NCBI GenBank assembly: GCA_937903325.1
Contig: CALCZR010000003.1
Location: forward strand, 3,898 to 67,897
Source: an uncultured Candidatus Saccharibacteria bacterium
GTDB lineage: Bacteria > Patescibacteriota > Saccharimonadia > Saccharimonadales > AWTP1-31
Direction: 5' to 3'
Length of the DNA: 64,000 bases
The translations under genes were made by a program, and so were the position numbers. The notes under the pieces are model-generated. The model worked only from the letters and a program-made list of their open reading frames with translations, searched no databases and was not told the origin of the DNA. Shown in pieces: positions 7,165 to 14,041 of this stretch; positions within the stretch are counted from its first letter, which is position 1, and every line of letters begins with the position of its first letter.

Positions 7165-7535
7165 ATACAAGTACGATTACCGTAGGGCAATGGATCGACG
7201 CTCTACGTTCAGGGCAGTACGAGCAGGGTCAAAAATGGCTTACTACAATTATCGATGGACGAGAGAAGTATTGTTGCCTTGGGGTGGCTTGTGTAGTGGC
7301 AGAAGTTCCTTTCACTCTTCGAGGGAATGGTCGCTGGTACGGCGTCGGAGATGCCCTTAACACTGCTGGGCTTCAATATCTGGTCCCTGATTCTTTCTGG
7401 GATCCTGTCGGCCATCAAGCGGCCATTTGGAATTGGAATGACAATGAAGGTTTGACCTTTAATCAAATTGCCGACAAGCTAGAAGAGGCTTACGGTCGAG
7501 ATACGGAAATGGTTTTCACCTGGGAGGATCAGTGA
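7161..7535 (+). CDS. family-A paralogue
   Basis: ATG 7161 after AAGGA; VGQWIDALRSGQYEQGQKWL..YCCLGVACVV. Confidence 0.65.
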   Translation: MNTSTITVGQWIDALRSGQYEQGQKWLTTIIDGREKYCCLGVACVVAEVPFTLRGNGRWYGVGDALNTAGLQYLVPDSFWDPVGHQAAIWNWNDNEGLTFNQIADKLEEAYGRDTEMVFTWEDQ

Positions 7536-7732
7536 GAACCTTTATGACTATTCTTAGTATAGTGCTAGGAATTATTGCACCATTGCAGTTTCTAGTTACG
7601 ATTTGGATTATTGCCTTTCTGGCTGCTAGTCGAGATATGGAACCAGTATTTTGGACGAGTTTTAGCACTATGATTATTCTTGGTACCGGTTCAGCTTTTG
7701 CTGGGTCGAATCGTGATGCGTTCTCTAACTAG
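7532..7732 (+). CDS. small membrane protein (2 predicted TM)
   Basis: Hydrophobic stretches ILSIVLGIIAPLQFLVTIWIIAFLAA and FSTMIILGTGSAFAG. Confidence 0.55.
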   Translation: MRTFMTILSIVLGIIAPLQFLVTIWIIAFLAASRDMEPVFWTSFSTMIILGTGSAFAGSNRDAFSN

Positions 7733-8165
7733 AGCAGAAGAGCTAGCTGTACGACCAGAGATGAACCAGCGAGTAGAGCTCGTTCTTATGGCGAGACGCT
7801 TGCATCCAAGTACTACTATTGAATTCAGTTTCAGTACGCCTGACACTTCAGGTAACAATTACTGTCTAAATGATGATGCTGTCACTTGGCAATGGTCACT
7901 GAGCGGCGATACGCTGAGGCTGCTCGGCCTAGAGTTTACCTATCGTGGCGGTGATCTCGACTCTTGGGCATTCACCACTGTTCGACTCAGTTCTACTTTG
8001 AACCGTTTCAAGTGTCGGTACATGGAGTTCTACAAGAACCCTGAGAAGCTCGGAGCCACACTTTCTGTGCTACCTGAGTCAGAGACAAGTGAACGTAAGC
8101 TAGAGCTACGGATTCCCGATACTCTCTTTAACTATGGACTAAAAAAGGAAACAGAAAATGCGTAA
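7716..8165 (+). CDS. hypothetical protein (149 aa)
   Basis: ATG 7716 chosen; the track start 7680 (TTG) overlaps the membrane ORF more heavily. Confidence 0.5.
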   Translation: MRSLTRAEELAVRPEMNQRVELVLMARRLHPSTTIEFSFSTPDTSGNNYCLNDDAVTWQWSLSGDTLRLLGLEFTYRGGDLDSWAFTTVRLSSTLNRFKCRYMEFYKNPEKLGATLSVLPESETSERKLELRIPDTLFNYGLKKETENA

Positions 8166-8586
8166 TACACTTCTATTCAAGCAGATTGCCGATGTTATCC
8201 AGACTTGGCCTGAGCGATGGGATCAGAGTAACTTTGCTCGCACTTGGGATGATGATCTTAACCCTATTCCACTCGAAGACTGCGTAATCAATTTCGAGTG
8301 GGACGGTCAAGCAGAAGTTACGTGTGGCACTACTCAATGTGTTGCAGGTTGGGCTGTAGCCATCTCTGATAAAGAGAGGTTCGTTAAAAATGTCAATAAC
8401 GATACGACAGGGCTCAATTGGACCGAAGATGGTCGAGATGCTCTTGGTATTACCGGTGATGAAGCTGACTGGCTTTTCTGGAACACCTTTAGAGCAGATC
8501 TTAACACTATGTGTGCGATTCTTTGGCTCTTCGCCGCAGGTGCTAAGCTCGAAACCATCAAGAGTGTCTACAAGGAGCTTTCATGA
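8158..8586 (+). CDS. family-B paralogue (CGTxQCxAGWAVA motif), unknown function
   Basis: 142 aa, collinear with 8866-9294 (also 142 aa): MRNxLxxKQIAxxIQ..RW.Q..F...CGTTQCVAGWAVAI. Confidence 0.65.
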   Translation: MRNTLLFKQIADVIQTWPERWDQSNFARTWDDDLNPIPLEDCVINFEWDGQAEVTCGTTQCVAGWAVAISDKERFVKNVNNDTTGLNWTEDGRDALGITGDEADWLFWNTFRADLNTMCAILWLFAAGAKLETIKSVYKELS

Positions 8587-8873
8587 TTGATTATCTTGAA
8601 CTTGGACCCGTTCCAGCAGAAGAGGCTTGCCAGCAGGTCGGAACATCAGATTATGATGATAGTCTTGCACTAGCTGAATGCCAGCGTTACAAGGCTATGC
8701 TAGAGGCTAAGTTTCCTCACTGTTTATTCGGCATTAAGCGATTCGATCATGACTTTGGTCCGTACCGTGAAGTTGTTGTATATATCTCTGAGGAAGCGCC
8801 CGAGAAGGCATTTGAAGTTGAAGCCCACTTGCCAGTCTATTGGACTGATGTTGAAATGAGGACTAATGCGTAA
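8583..8873 (+). CDS. hypothetical protein (96 aa)
   Basis: ORF; ATGA overlap upstream, 8-nt overlap downstream. Confidence 0.55.
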   Translation: MIDYLELGPVPAEEACQQVGTSDYDDSLALAECQRYKAMLEAKFPHCLFGIKRFDHDFGPYREVVVYISEEAPEKAFEVEAHLPVYWTDVEMRTNA

Positions 8874-9294
8874 TGTACTACGGTTGAAGCAGATTGCAGA
8901 GATTATTCAGGTTGATCCCAGTCGATGGAATCAGGATCATTTCACTGAAGACTCTGACACTATGACCTTTCACTACAAGTTTGATTGGGATGGTGAAGTC
9001 GAGGGTGTTTGTGGCACGAGTCAGTGTATCGCTGGTTGGGCAGTTGCTATTGATGATCAGGAATTGTTTAAGAATCTCAGCAATGATGACGTTGAAGATG
9101 GAGAAAAATGGGATTGGACCGAAGAGGCCACTCGTATTCTTGGCCTAGAGTGGGACGAAGGCCAGTTTCTTTTCTGGCAGACTGTAGGCGCTCTCGTTAA
9201 CCCCGATCATGCCTCAGCTATTCTTTATATGTTTGCAGCAGGTTGTAGTCTTGAAACGATTGAAGCCGCTTTCGAAGAAATGATTTCGCAATGA
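8866..9294 (+). CDS. family-B paralogue
   Basis: CGTSQCIAGWAVAI; same length and architecture as 8158-8586. Confidence 0.65.
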   Translation: MRNVLRLKQIAEIIQVDPSRWNQDHFTEDSDTMTFHYKFDWDGEVEGVCGTSQCIAGWAVAIDDQELFKNLSNDDVEDGEKWDWTEEATRILGLEWDEGQFLFWQTVGALVNPDHASAILYMFAAGCSLETIEAAFEEMISQ

Positions 9295-9653
9295 AGACCC
9301 TAGAAGATGTTATCAAGGCAGCCCGCCAGGTCATCGTCGAGAACCCTAATAATGTAAATCCGATGGACGAGGATGGTCAGTGTCTCTATAATGGTCCTGA
9401 TAACCGCCATTGTATTGCAGCCACAGTGTTCATTAAGCTTGGTTATGACATCAGTAGCGCTGATGAAGGGACAAATGCTAGCGATGTCGTTAAGCAGCTA
9501 GGTCTAGATATTAACAAGCCTAGTGCTGATTTTCTTGACAGGCTTCAGTGCGAAGCAGATGACTTTGCTACTAGCCCTGAGCAGGTACAAGGTTGGTCTG
9601 CTCTAAAGTTTACTGACGAAGGCAAGATCATTTACCCTAAGGACGAGACGTAG
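9291..9653 (+). CDS. hypothetical protein (120 aa), possibly distant relative of families A/B
   Basis: ORF; NRHCIAATVFIKLG resembles the Cys-hydrophobic-Gly core of families A/B. Confidence 0.55.
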   Translation: MKTLEDVIKAARQVIVENPNNVNPMDEDGQCLYNGPDNRHCIAATVFIKLGYDISSADEGTNASDVVKQLGLDINKPSADFLDRLQCEADDFATSPEQVQGWSALKFTDEGKIIYPKDET

Positions 9654-9905
9654 ATGGACCCTGAGGCGACTCTCAGGAAAGCGCTTGACGGCGACCGCTG
9701 GGCTAGACTAGATTACAACCTGTGGATCGAACGTGGTGGCTTTGCAGCGAAAGCAAAGGTTTTTGTTCATGGTGACACAATGCCAAGACTCGTAGAAGTC
9801 AGGTATCTAGGTCCGAAACTAGTCCGATGTCTGACTGGTCTAGTGCACCCTAAAACTGAATACATCAGGTACGAGAATGTCATCGCAGGTTCAGTGCATA
9901 TGTAG
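9654..9905 (+). CDS. hypothetical protein (83 aa)
   Basis: ORF starts directly after the previous TAG. Confidence 0.55.
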   Translation: MDPEATLRKALDGDRWARLDYNLWIERGGFAAKAKVFVHGDTMPRLVEVRYLGPKLVRCLTGLVHPKTEYIRYENVIAGSVHM

Positions 9906-9999
9906 AGAGAATTACCGAGTTGTAGATGAAGGACAAGAAACTGTTCTTCTAGCCTGTAACTGCGGTAGATCACTAGTTCTTCTACGAGAACGACTTAGG

Positions 10000-10005
10000 T
10001 ATAAT
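10000..10005 (+). promoter_or_regulatory. consensus -10 hexamer TATAAT
   Basis: 42 nt upstream of ATG 10047; preceded by inverted repeat GTTCT-TCTACG-AGAAC (9976-9991). Confidence 0.3.
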
Positions 10006-10046
10006 ATCTTAAGATCAGGAAGTAATCCTAGATAAGGAATGGGAGA

Positions 10047-10271
10047 ATGCTCGAAGTACTTTGGAGTACATGTAAGTGCTCAGTGTGGCCGCTAGTAGCC
10101 AGTGAATCCTACGGCTCTTGTGGAAGATGCCACGAGCGACCCGTTCTATCAGAGATTAACTCTAAAGAAGGTGCGCTAGCAGAATTCGAGGCTCGTGAAG
10201 GTCACTTGCCTGAACCTATTATTGACCTAGGTCATGCTAAGAGATGGAGTGAAAATGAGTCAGAAATTTAA
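10047..10271 (+). CDS. hypothetical protein (74 aa)
   Basis: ORF; GGAATGGGAG upstream. Confidence 0.5.
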   Translation: MLEVLWSTCKCSVWPLVASESYGSCGRCHERPVLSEINSKEGALAEFEAREGHLPEPIIDLGHAKRWSENESEI

Positions 10272-10938
10272 AGCTGGAGATCGTATTCGGTGCATTAATA
10301 TTCCCTACGAAACGGACGACCTCACCGTAGATGCTATTTATACAGTTACTCAAGTTGGTAACTCTATGGATGCTAATGCACCATATATGATTATGAATAA
10401 CGGTGATCAATTGTGGACTAGTGGATGGAAAGAGATGTTTGAACTAGTGGAGAAGGAAATGAGTTTCAAGGACAAGGTTTTCGAGTATGCAAGTAGCGAT
10501 AGTCGATCGGTTGACAACAGTAACCTGATTACTAGTCTTGCACAGGCCGGTGTTTTCACTAGTGATGATGAGGAAGCTAAGGCTAGTCTCATCGAGTGGA
10601 TCGATCAGAACCCTGAGGATTACTGTGACGCAGGTCTAGAGAAGGTGCGTAAGCATTTTGAGCTAGAGCCGCCTAAGCCGCCAGAGCCTAAGTTTAAGGT
10701 TGGAGATCTTGTCCAGAATTGGGGCGATCTTCCTCTAGGTACCCATCTTGAGTATTACACGGATAGTGACGATCCTTCTGAGATCGTGGTTATTCCTGAT
10801 CCGAGCCGAACAGGTCAACTCGCTCATCTGACTGTTAAGAAGGGGGCATGTGGTTATGAGGTCGGGCATATCAGTCCGATCTTCGGTCTACACGTTGGTG
10901 GTCGAATCATTGTACTGCCAGGAGTAGATAATGTCTGA
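10255..10938 (+). CDS. modular protein of the 'KxGD / LPxG(S/T)' family (227 aa)
   Basis: ATG 10255 after GGAGTG. KFKAGDRIRC and KFKVGDLVQNWGDLPLGTHLEY modules. Central WIDQNPEDYCDAGLEKVRK matches YLDENPRAFCQEGIERARK of 16790-17215. Confidence 0.6.
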   Translation: MSQKFKAGDRIRCINIPYETDDLTVDAIYTVTQVGNSMDANAPYMIMNNGDQLWTSGWKEMFELVEKEMSFKDKVFEYASSDSRSVDNSNLITSLAQAGVFTSDDEEAKASLIEWIDQNPEDYCDAGLEKVRKHFELEPPKPPEPKFKVGDLVQNWGDLPLGTHLEYYTDSDDPSEIVVIPDPSRTGQLAHLTVKKGACGYEVGHISPIFGLHVGGRIIVLPGVDNV

Positions 10939-10962
10939 TTTCAAAGTTGGCGATAGAATCAA

Positions 10963-11454
10963 GTGTACTATAGGAGAAATGTGCAGCGATCCAGTGCACT
11001 AGATGGCTTTGCAGAAGTTGTCATCGACAACGGAAAGAACTACAATAACCTTGGTACAATCTGGCGTACAGCGTTTAATCTTGGTGCAGCAGCAACAGGA
11101 CAGATTGGTCAGAGGTACAAGCGTCAAAGCTCTGATACTCTAGATGCCTGGCGTATCTTGCCTCATCGAGTCTATCTTGACAGTGACGAATGGTATCAGA
11201 CAATGCCTTACGGTGCTCAGGCTGTTGCTGTAGAGATCACTGAGGGTGCTACAAGTCTCTATGAGTTCGAGCATCCTAAGCAGGCAGTTTATGTTTTCGG
11301 GCCGGAAGATGGCTCGGTTCAGCCACGTATTCTAGAGAAGGTTCAGCATACCATTTACATTCCGACAGATCATTGTATGAATCAGGCTGTTACTGTAGGT
11401 GTTGTGCTAGGTCACCGAGCAAATCAAATAAAGGAACGTAATGGCTCAGTTTGA
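10963..11454 (+). CDS. SpoU/TrmH-family RNA 2'-O-methyltransferase
   Basis: NLGTIWRTAFNLGA, VYVFGPEDGSV and IYIPTDHCMNQAVTVGVVL fit the three SPOUT (SpoU_methylase) motifs. GTG start. Confidence 0.75.
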   Translation: MYYRRNVQRSSALDGFAEVVIDNGKNYNNLGTIWRTAFNLGAAATGQIGQRYKRQSSDTLDAWRILPHRVYLDSDEWYQTMPYGAQAVAVEITEGATSLYEFEHPKQAVYVFGPEDGSVQPRILEKVQHTIYIPTDHCMNQAVTVGVVLGHRANQIKERNGSV

Positions 11455-11611
11455 AGATGATTGGCGTGACACTGAAATTGACCAGCTACAAGCAGAAATT
11501 GAACGTCATCATCGAGACTTTGCTAAGATCAGTCAAATCTGTGACAACTGGCGCAATGCTGGTCTTAAAGGTGATGATGCCATGATCCTTATCCAGAACA
11601 TTGTAGGCTAA
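11441..11611 (+). CDS. hypothetical small protein (56 aa, below track cutoff)
   Basis: AAAGGAACGTA-ATG 11441; hand-translated MAQFEDDWRDTEIDQLQAEIERHHRDFAKI...QNIVG*. Confidence 0.5.
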   Translation: MAQFEDDWRDTEIDQLQAEIERHHRDFAKISQICDNWRNAGLKGDDAMILIQNIVG

Positions 11612-11617
11612 ATTCAT

Positions 11618-11694
11618 GCCCCTGTAGCTCAGTGGTAAGAGCGGCCTGGCTTATATCCGGTGCGTCGAAGTTTCAATTACTTCCAGGGGTACCA
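11618..11694 (+). tRNA. tRNA, most likely anticodon UAU (Ile, AUA), with a non-canonical anticodon arm register
   Basis: Acceptor GCCCCTG/CAGGGGT; D-arm GCTC-AGTGGTAA-GAGC; T-arm GAAGT-TTCAATT-ACTTC; encoded ACCA 3' end. The anticodon stem pairs only if two nt (GG) separate it from the D-stem, giving loop CTTATAT. Confidence 0.8.
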
Positions 11695-11708
11695 TTGAAA
11701 GGAAAGAT

Positions 11709-11954
11709 GTGAAGTACTCTAACTATCGTAAAATTGGTGGACCTAACGGTCATCTGGCTAAGCGAGAAGAGTTTCGTGGGAATACTATGGGCGGTCGCAT
11801 CTGTACTCAACAGGAACGACGGCTTTATGAAGTGTATTCATATAGGACAGTGATTGCATTCGTTGATGAGTTTGGTCGGGTCCATGTACCGCCAGACCAT
11901 TACTCTGTTACTACTACTCGACACCAAAATATGTGTCTGGCTTGGATGAAATAA
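11709..11954 (+). CDS. hypothetical protein (81 aa)
   Basis: GTG start after GAAAGGAAAG. Confidence 0.55.
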   Translation: MKYSNYRKIGGPNGHLAKREEFRGNTMGGRICTQQERRLYEVYSYRTVIAFVDEFGRVHVPPDHYSVTTTRHQNMCLAWMK

Positions 11955-11956
11955 GT

Positions 11957-12142
11957 ATGACTCGCAGACAACAAAAAGAAGTAGACAGACTTCTCCGTGA
12001 TGTTTCAACCGTTTGTCCGCCTCATCTATTGGGAATCGATTCGATGAACAGACCGGTAGTATCAGGTGGTAGAAAAACTGTAGCTATTACTTCTAAAGGA
12101 AAGCAAGTTATGCCAACCTGGCCAATGAAGGAATACTACTAA
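11957..12142 (+). CDS. hypothetical protein (61 aa)
   Basis: ATG 11957 just after the upstream stop; track start 11933 overlaps. Confidence 0.5.
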   Translation: MTRRQQKEVDRLLRDVSTVCPPHLLGIDSMNRPVVSGGRKTVAITSKGKQVMPTWPMKEYY

Positions 12143-12288
12143 TGGATATCTACACTAGAGTACGAGTTACAGCAAGAACTCCCTCACCTGAAGACCAAAT
12201 GAAACTTGATTCTGTTGCTGAGCAAATTAACAAGGCACTGAAAGGACAAGATGAAAAAGTTACTGACCAAGATCCTTTTTCTGACTAA
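12142..12288 (+). CDS. possible small protein (48 aa)
   Basis: TAATG junction at 12140-12144; overlaps 12251-12448 in another frame, so only one 3' end may be real. Confidence 0.3.
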   Translation: MDIYTRVRVTARTPSPEDQMKLDSVAEQINKALKGQDEKVTDQDPFSD

Positions 12289-12448
12289 GCTCGTAGCTTT
12301 CATAGTCTATACTACGCTAGCTTTCCTGGCGCTGCCTTGGTGGCTAGCAATTGTTCTGACCTTTATCCTGCTTGGATGTATGCGAACTGAGAGGAAGCAG
12401 AAGATTGACAAGTCGGAAGAGGTTTCTCTGCAAGGGTTAAGCCTCTAG
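12251..12448 (+). CDS. small membrane protein (65 aa)
   Basis: AAAGGACAAG-ATG; hydrophobic LVAFIVYTTLAFLALPWWLAIVLTFILLGC. Confidence 0.5.
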   Translation: MKKLLTKILFLTKLVAFIVYTTLAFLALPWWLAIVLTFILLGCMRTERKQKIDKSEEVSLQGLSL

Positions 12449-12943
12449 ATATGCGATAGCTGCTTTGAGGTAGTCAGTGTTATCTCGATAATTACCGAGC
12501 CCTTGGTTGCATTGAGCACAGAGCAGCCCTCGTACTTTGCCTGTGGTGTGACAGTGATCGACGGCTAACCATTTAATAACGCCCGTACGATCTTTCTCAG
12601 TTTCGGGGTTACGACAGATTTGGCAGAGGCCGTCAAGAGCTTTAAACATTTCGTCATACTCTTCAACGGTGAGATTATACTTACATTTAAGACTAGACTT
12701 ACGAGCGATACTACGTCCGTCATACTTCAAGCGTCTTTCTTGGTGCCATTCAGCCGGTTGACGACTATAGTAATCCTTATAGTTATTAAGGATATTCGTA
12801 TTGCAGTAAAACCCATACTTGTTGCCATGCTTTTTGCGTGTAAGTTTTGTAGGACCGCAGATACGGCATACCGCAGTTCTAGCGTCATAGTCTATCTCAG
12901 TAAGATAGTGCTCACGATTCTTGCCCTGTTTTGTAATTTCCAT
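12437..12943 (-). CDS. recombination endonuclease VII-family nuclease (free-standing, opposite strand)
   Basis: CQICRNPE...LAVDHCHTTGKVRGLLCAQCNQGLGNYRDN matches the Endonuclease_7 signature; N-terminal CRICGP zinc knuckle. Confidence 0.8.
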   Translation of the reverse strand: MEITKQGKNREHYLTEIDYDARTAVCRICGPTKLTRKKHGNKYGFYCNTNILNNYKDYYSRQPAEWHQERRLKYDGRSIARKSSLKCKYNLTVEEYDEMFKALDGLCQICRNPETEKDRTGVIKWLAVDHCHTTGKVRGLLCAQCNQGLGNYRDNTDYLKAAIAYLEA

Positions 12944-12995
12944 TTCAACTCCTTAGGTGTTTCTATGCATTTAACGACAGAAAATACAGAGCAAG

Positions 12996-13259
12996 ATGTC
13001 AAGTAGACTTAAATTCAGATGCTTAAACTGTCTCTGTGACACTGGTAGAATCTACGAACATTACATGCTGCGAGATGAGATTTGGGCGTTGATCCACCCC
13101 TCTCCCGTAGGCATGTTCTGTATAGGTTGTGCTGAAGAAAGACTTGGACGTAGACTCGTCCGTTCAGACTTTAATGATTCGTTTGTGAACAATCCGAAAT
13201 TACACCGTATGTCAGATAGATTGAGAGATCGTCTTAAAGCAGATTGGGAAGAAGTATGA
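12996..13259 (+). CDS. hypothetical zinc-ribbon protein (87 aa)
   Basis: CLNCLC ... CIGCAEERLGR. Confidence 0.55.
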   Translation: MSSRLKFRCLNCLCDTGRIYEHYMLRDEIWALIHPSPVGMFCIGCAEERLGRRLVRSDFNDSFVNNPKLHRMSDRLRDRLKADWEEV

Positions 13260-13426
13260 ATGAGAGAGTTCTCAGCCAGTATGAACACGTTGAATTGATC
13301 AAGCTTAGTGATCATGACCATAGCATCTTGACAAGTTTTGGTAGTCGAGTCATTCTTCTAGACGATCCCCGTAACGATTGGGCGCTAGAGAAGCTACGAG
13401 AGATTAGAAAGCGATCATTTCAATGA
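13256..13426 (+). CDS. hypothetical small protein (56 aa)
   Basis: ATGA overlap at 13256-13259; track start 13244 is upstream in frame. Confidence 0.45.
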   Translation: MNERVLSQYEHVELIKLSDHDHSILTSFGSRVILLDDPRNDWALEKLREIRKRSFQ

Positions 13427-14025
13427 CTAATTGGTACAGTTCAGATATCCATTTTGGACACGCTAACATTCTGAAGTACACTGACCGTGGAGAGACTTTC
13501 GATACGGTTGACGAGATGAACGCAGAATTTGTCGAGAATTTCTCGTGCATCGAATCTGGTGACAATCTTCTCATTGATGGTGATGCTGTCATGGGTGATC
13601 GTGCGTTTAATCTGCGATTCTTCGATTGGATCAGCGGCCGTAAGACTCTGATTAAGGGTAACCACGATAACAACCATCCTTTGAATGGCGAGAAGAAGGT
13701 CGAGAAGTTTGAGCCGATCTACGCTCAATTCTTTGATGAGATGCATCTGGAACTCGACGCAGAGATTGGTGGATTCCTCGTCAAGTTCACTCATTTCCCT
13801 ATCATTGGCGATTCTCACGATGAGCCTCGACATGATAACTGGCGGGTGAAGGATGATGGCAAGACGGTGATTATCCACGGCCATACTCATGCCAAGGAAA
13901 TCTTTAGTGACCATCCTCGGCAGATTCATATTGGGATTGACAGTGACTGGCGGGCGTATGAAGTGCCCAGGTATCACCCAATTCCTGAATCAGCCCTCAT
14001 TCAAGCGATTGCAGATCTATCATAG
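13423..14025 (+). CDS. calcineurin-like metallophosphoesterase
   Basis: SDIHFGH, GDAVMGD, GNHD, HGHTH: the ordered metallophosphoesterase metal-ligand motifs. Confidence 0.85.
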   Translation: MTNWYSSDIHFGHANILKYTDRGETFDTVDEMNAEFVENFSCIESGDNLLIDGDAVMGDRAFNLRFFDWISGRKTLIKGNHDNNHPLNGEKKVEKFEPIYAQFFDEMHLELDAEIGGFLVKFTHFPIIGDSHDEPRHDNWRVKDDGKTVIIHGHTHAKEIFSDHPRQIHIGIDSDWRAYEVPRYHPIPESALIQAIADLS

Positions 14026-14041
14026 CACGACACGTCAAGTT

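Noticed and set aside
11643-11661. Standard-register anticodon arm for the tRNA (which would give loop GCTTATA)
   Set aside because: In the canonical register only about two of five stem positions pair and position 33 is not U. Shifting by one nucleotide gives four pairs and a canonical CU-UAU-AU loop. I did not pursue an 8-nt-loop frameshift-suppressor reading because it pairs no better.
12620-13006. + strand ORF 12620-13006 opposite the endonuclease VII gene
   Set aside because: The minus-strand frame carries the complete Endonuclease_7 signature. The + frame is hydrophobic and low-complexity, without SD.
13889-14041. N-terminal 51 codons of track ORF 13889-15457
   Set aside because: They would overlap the phosphoesterase gene by 137 nt in another frame. 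The first in-frame ATG after that gene's stop (14042) is more parsimonious, although its SD is weak.
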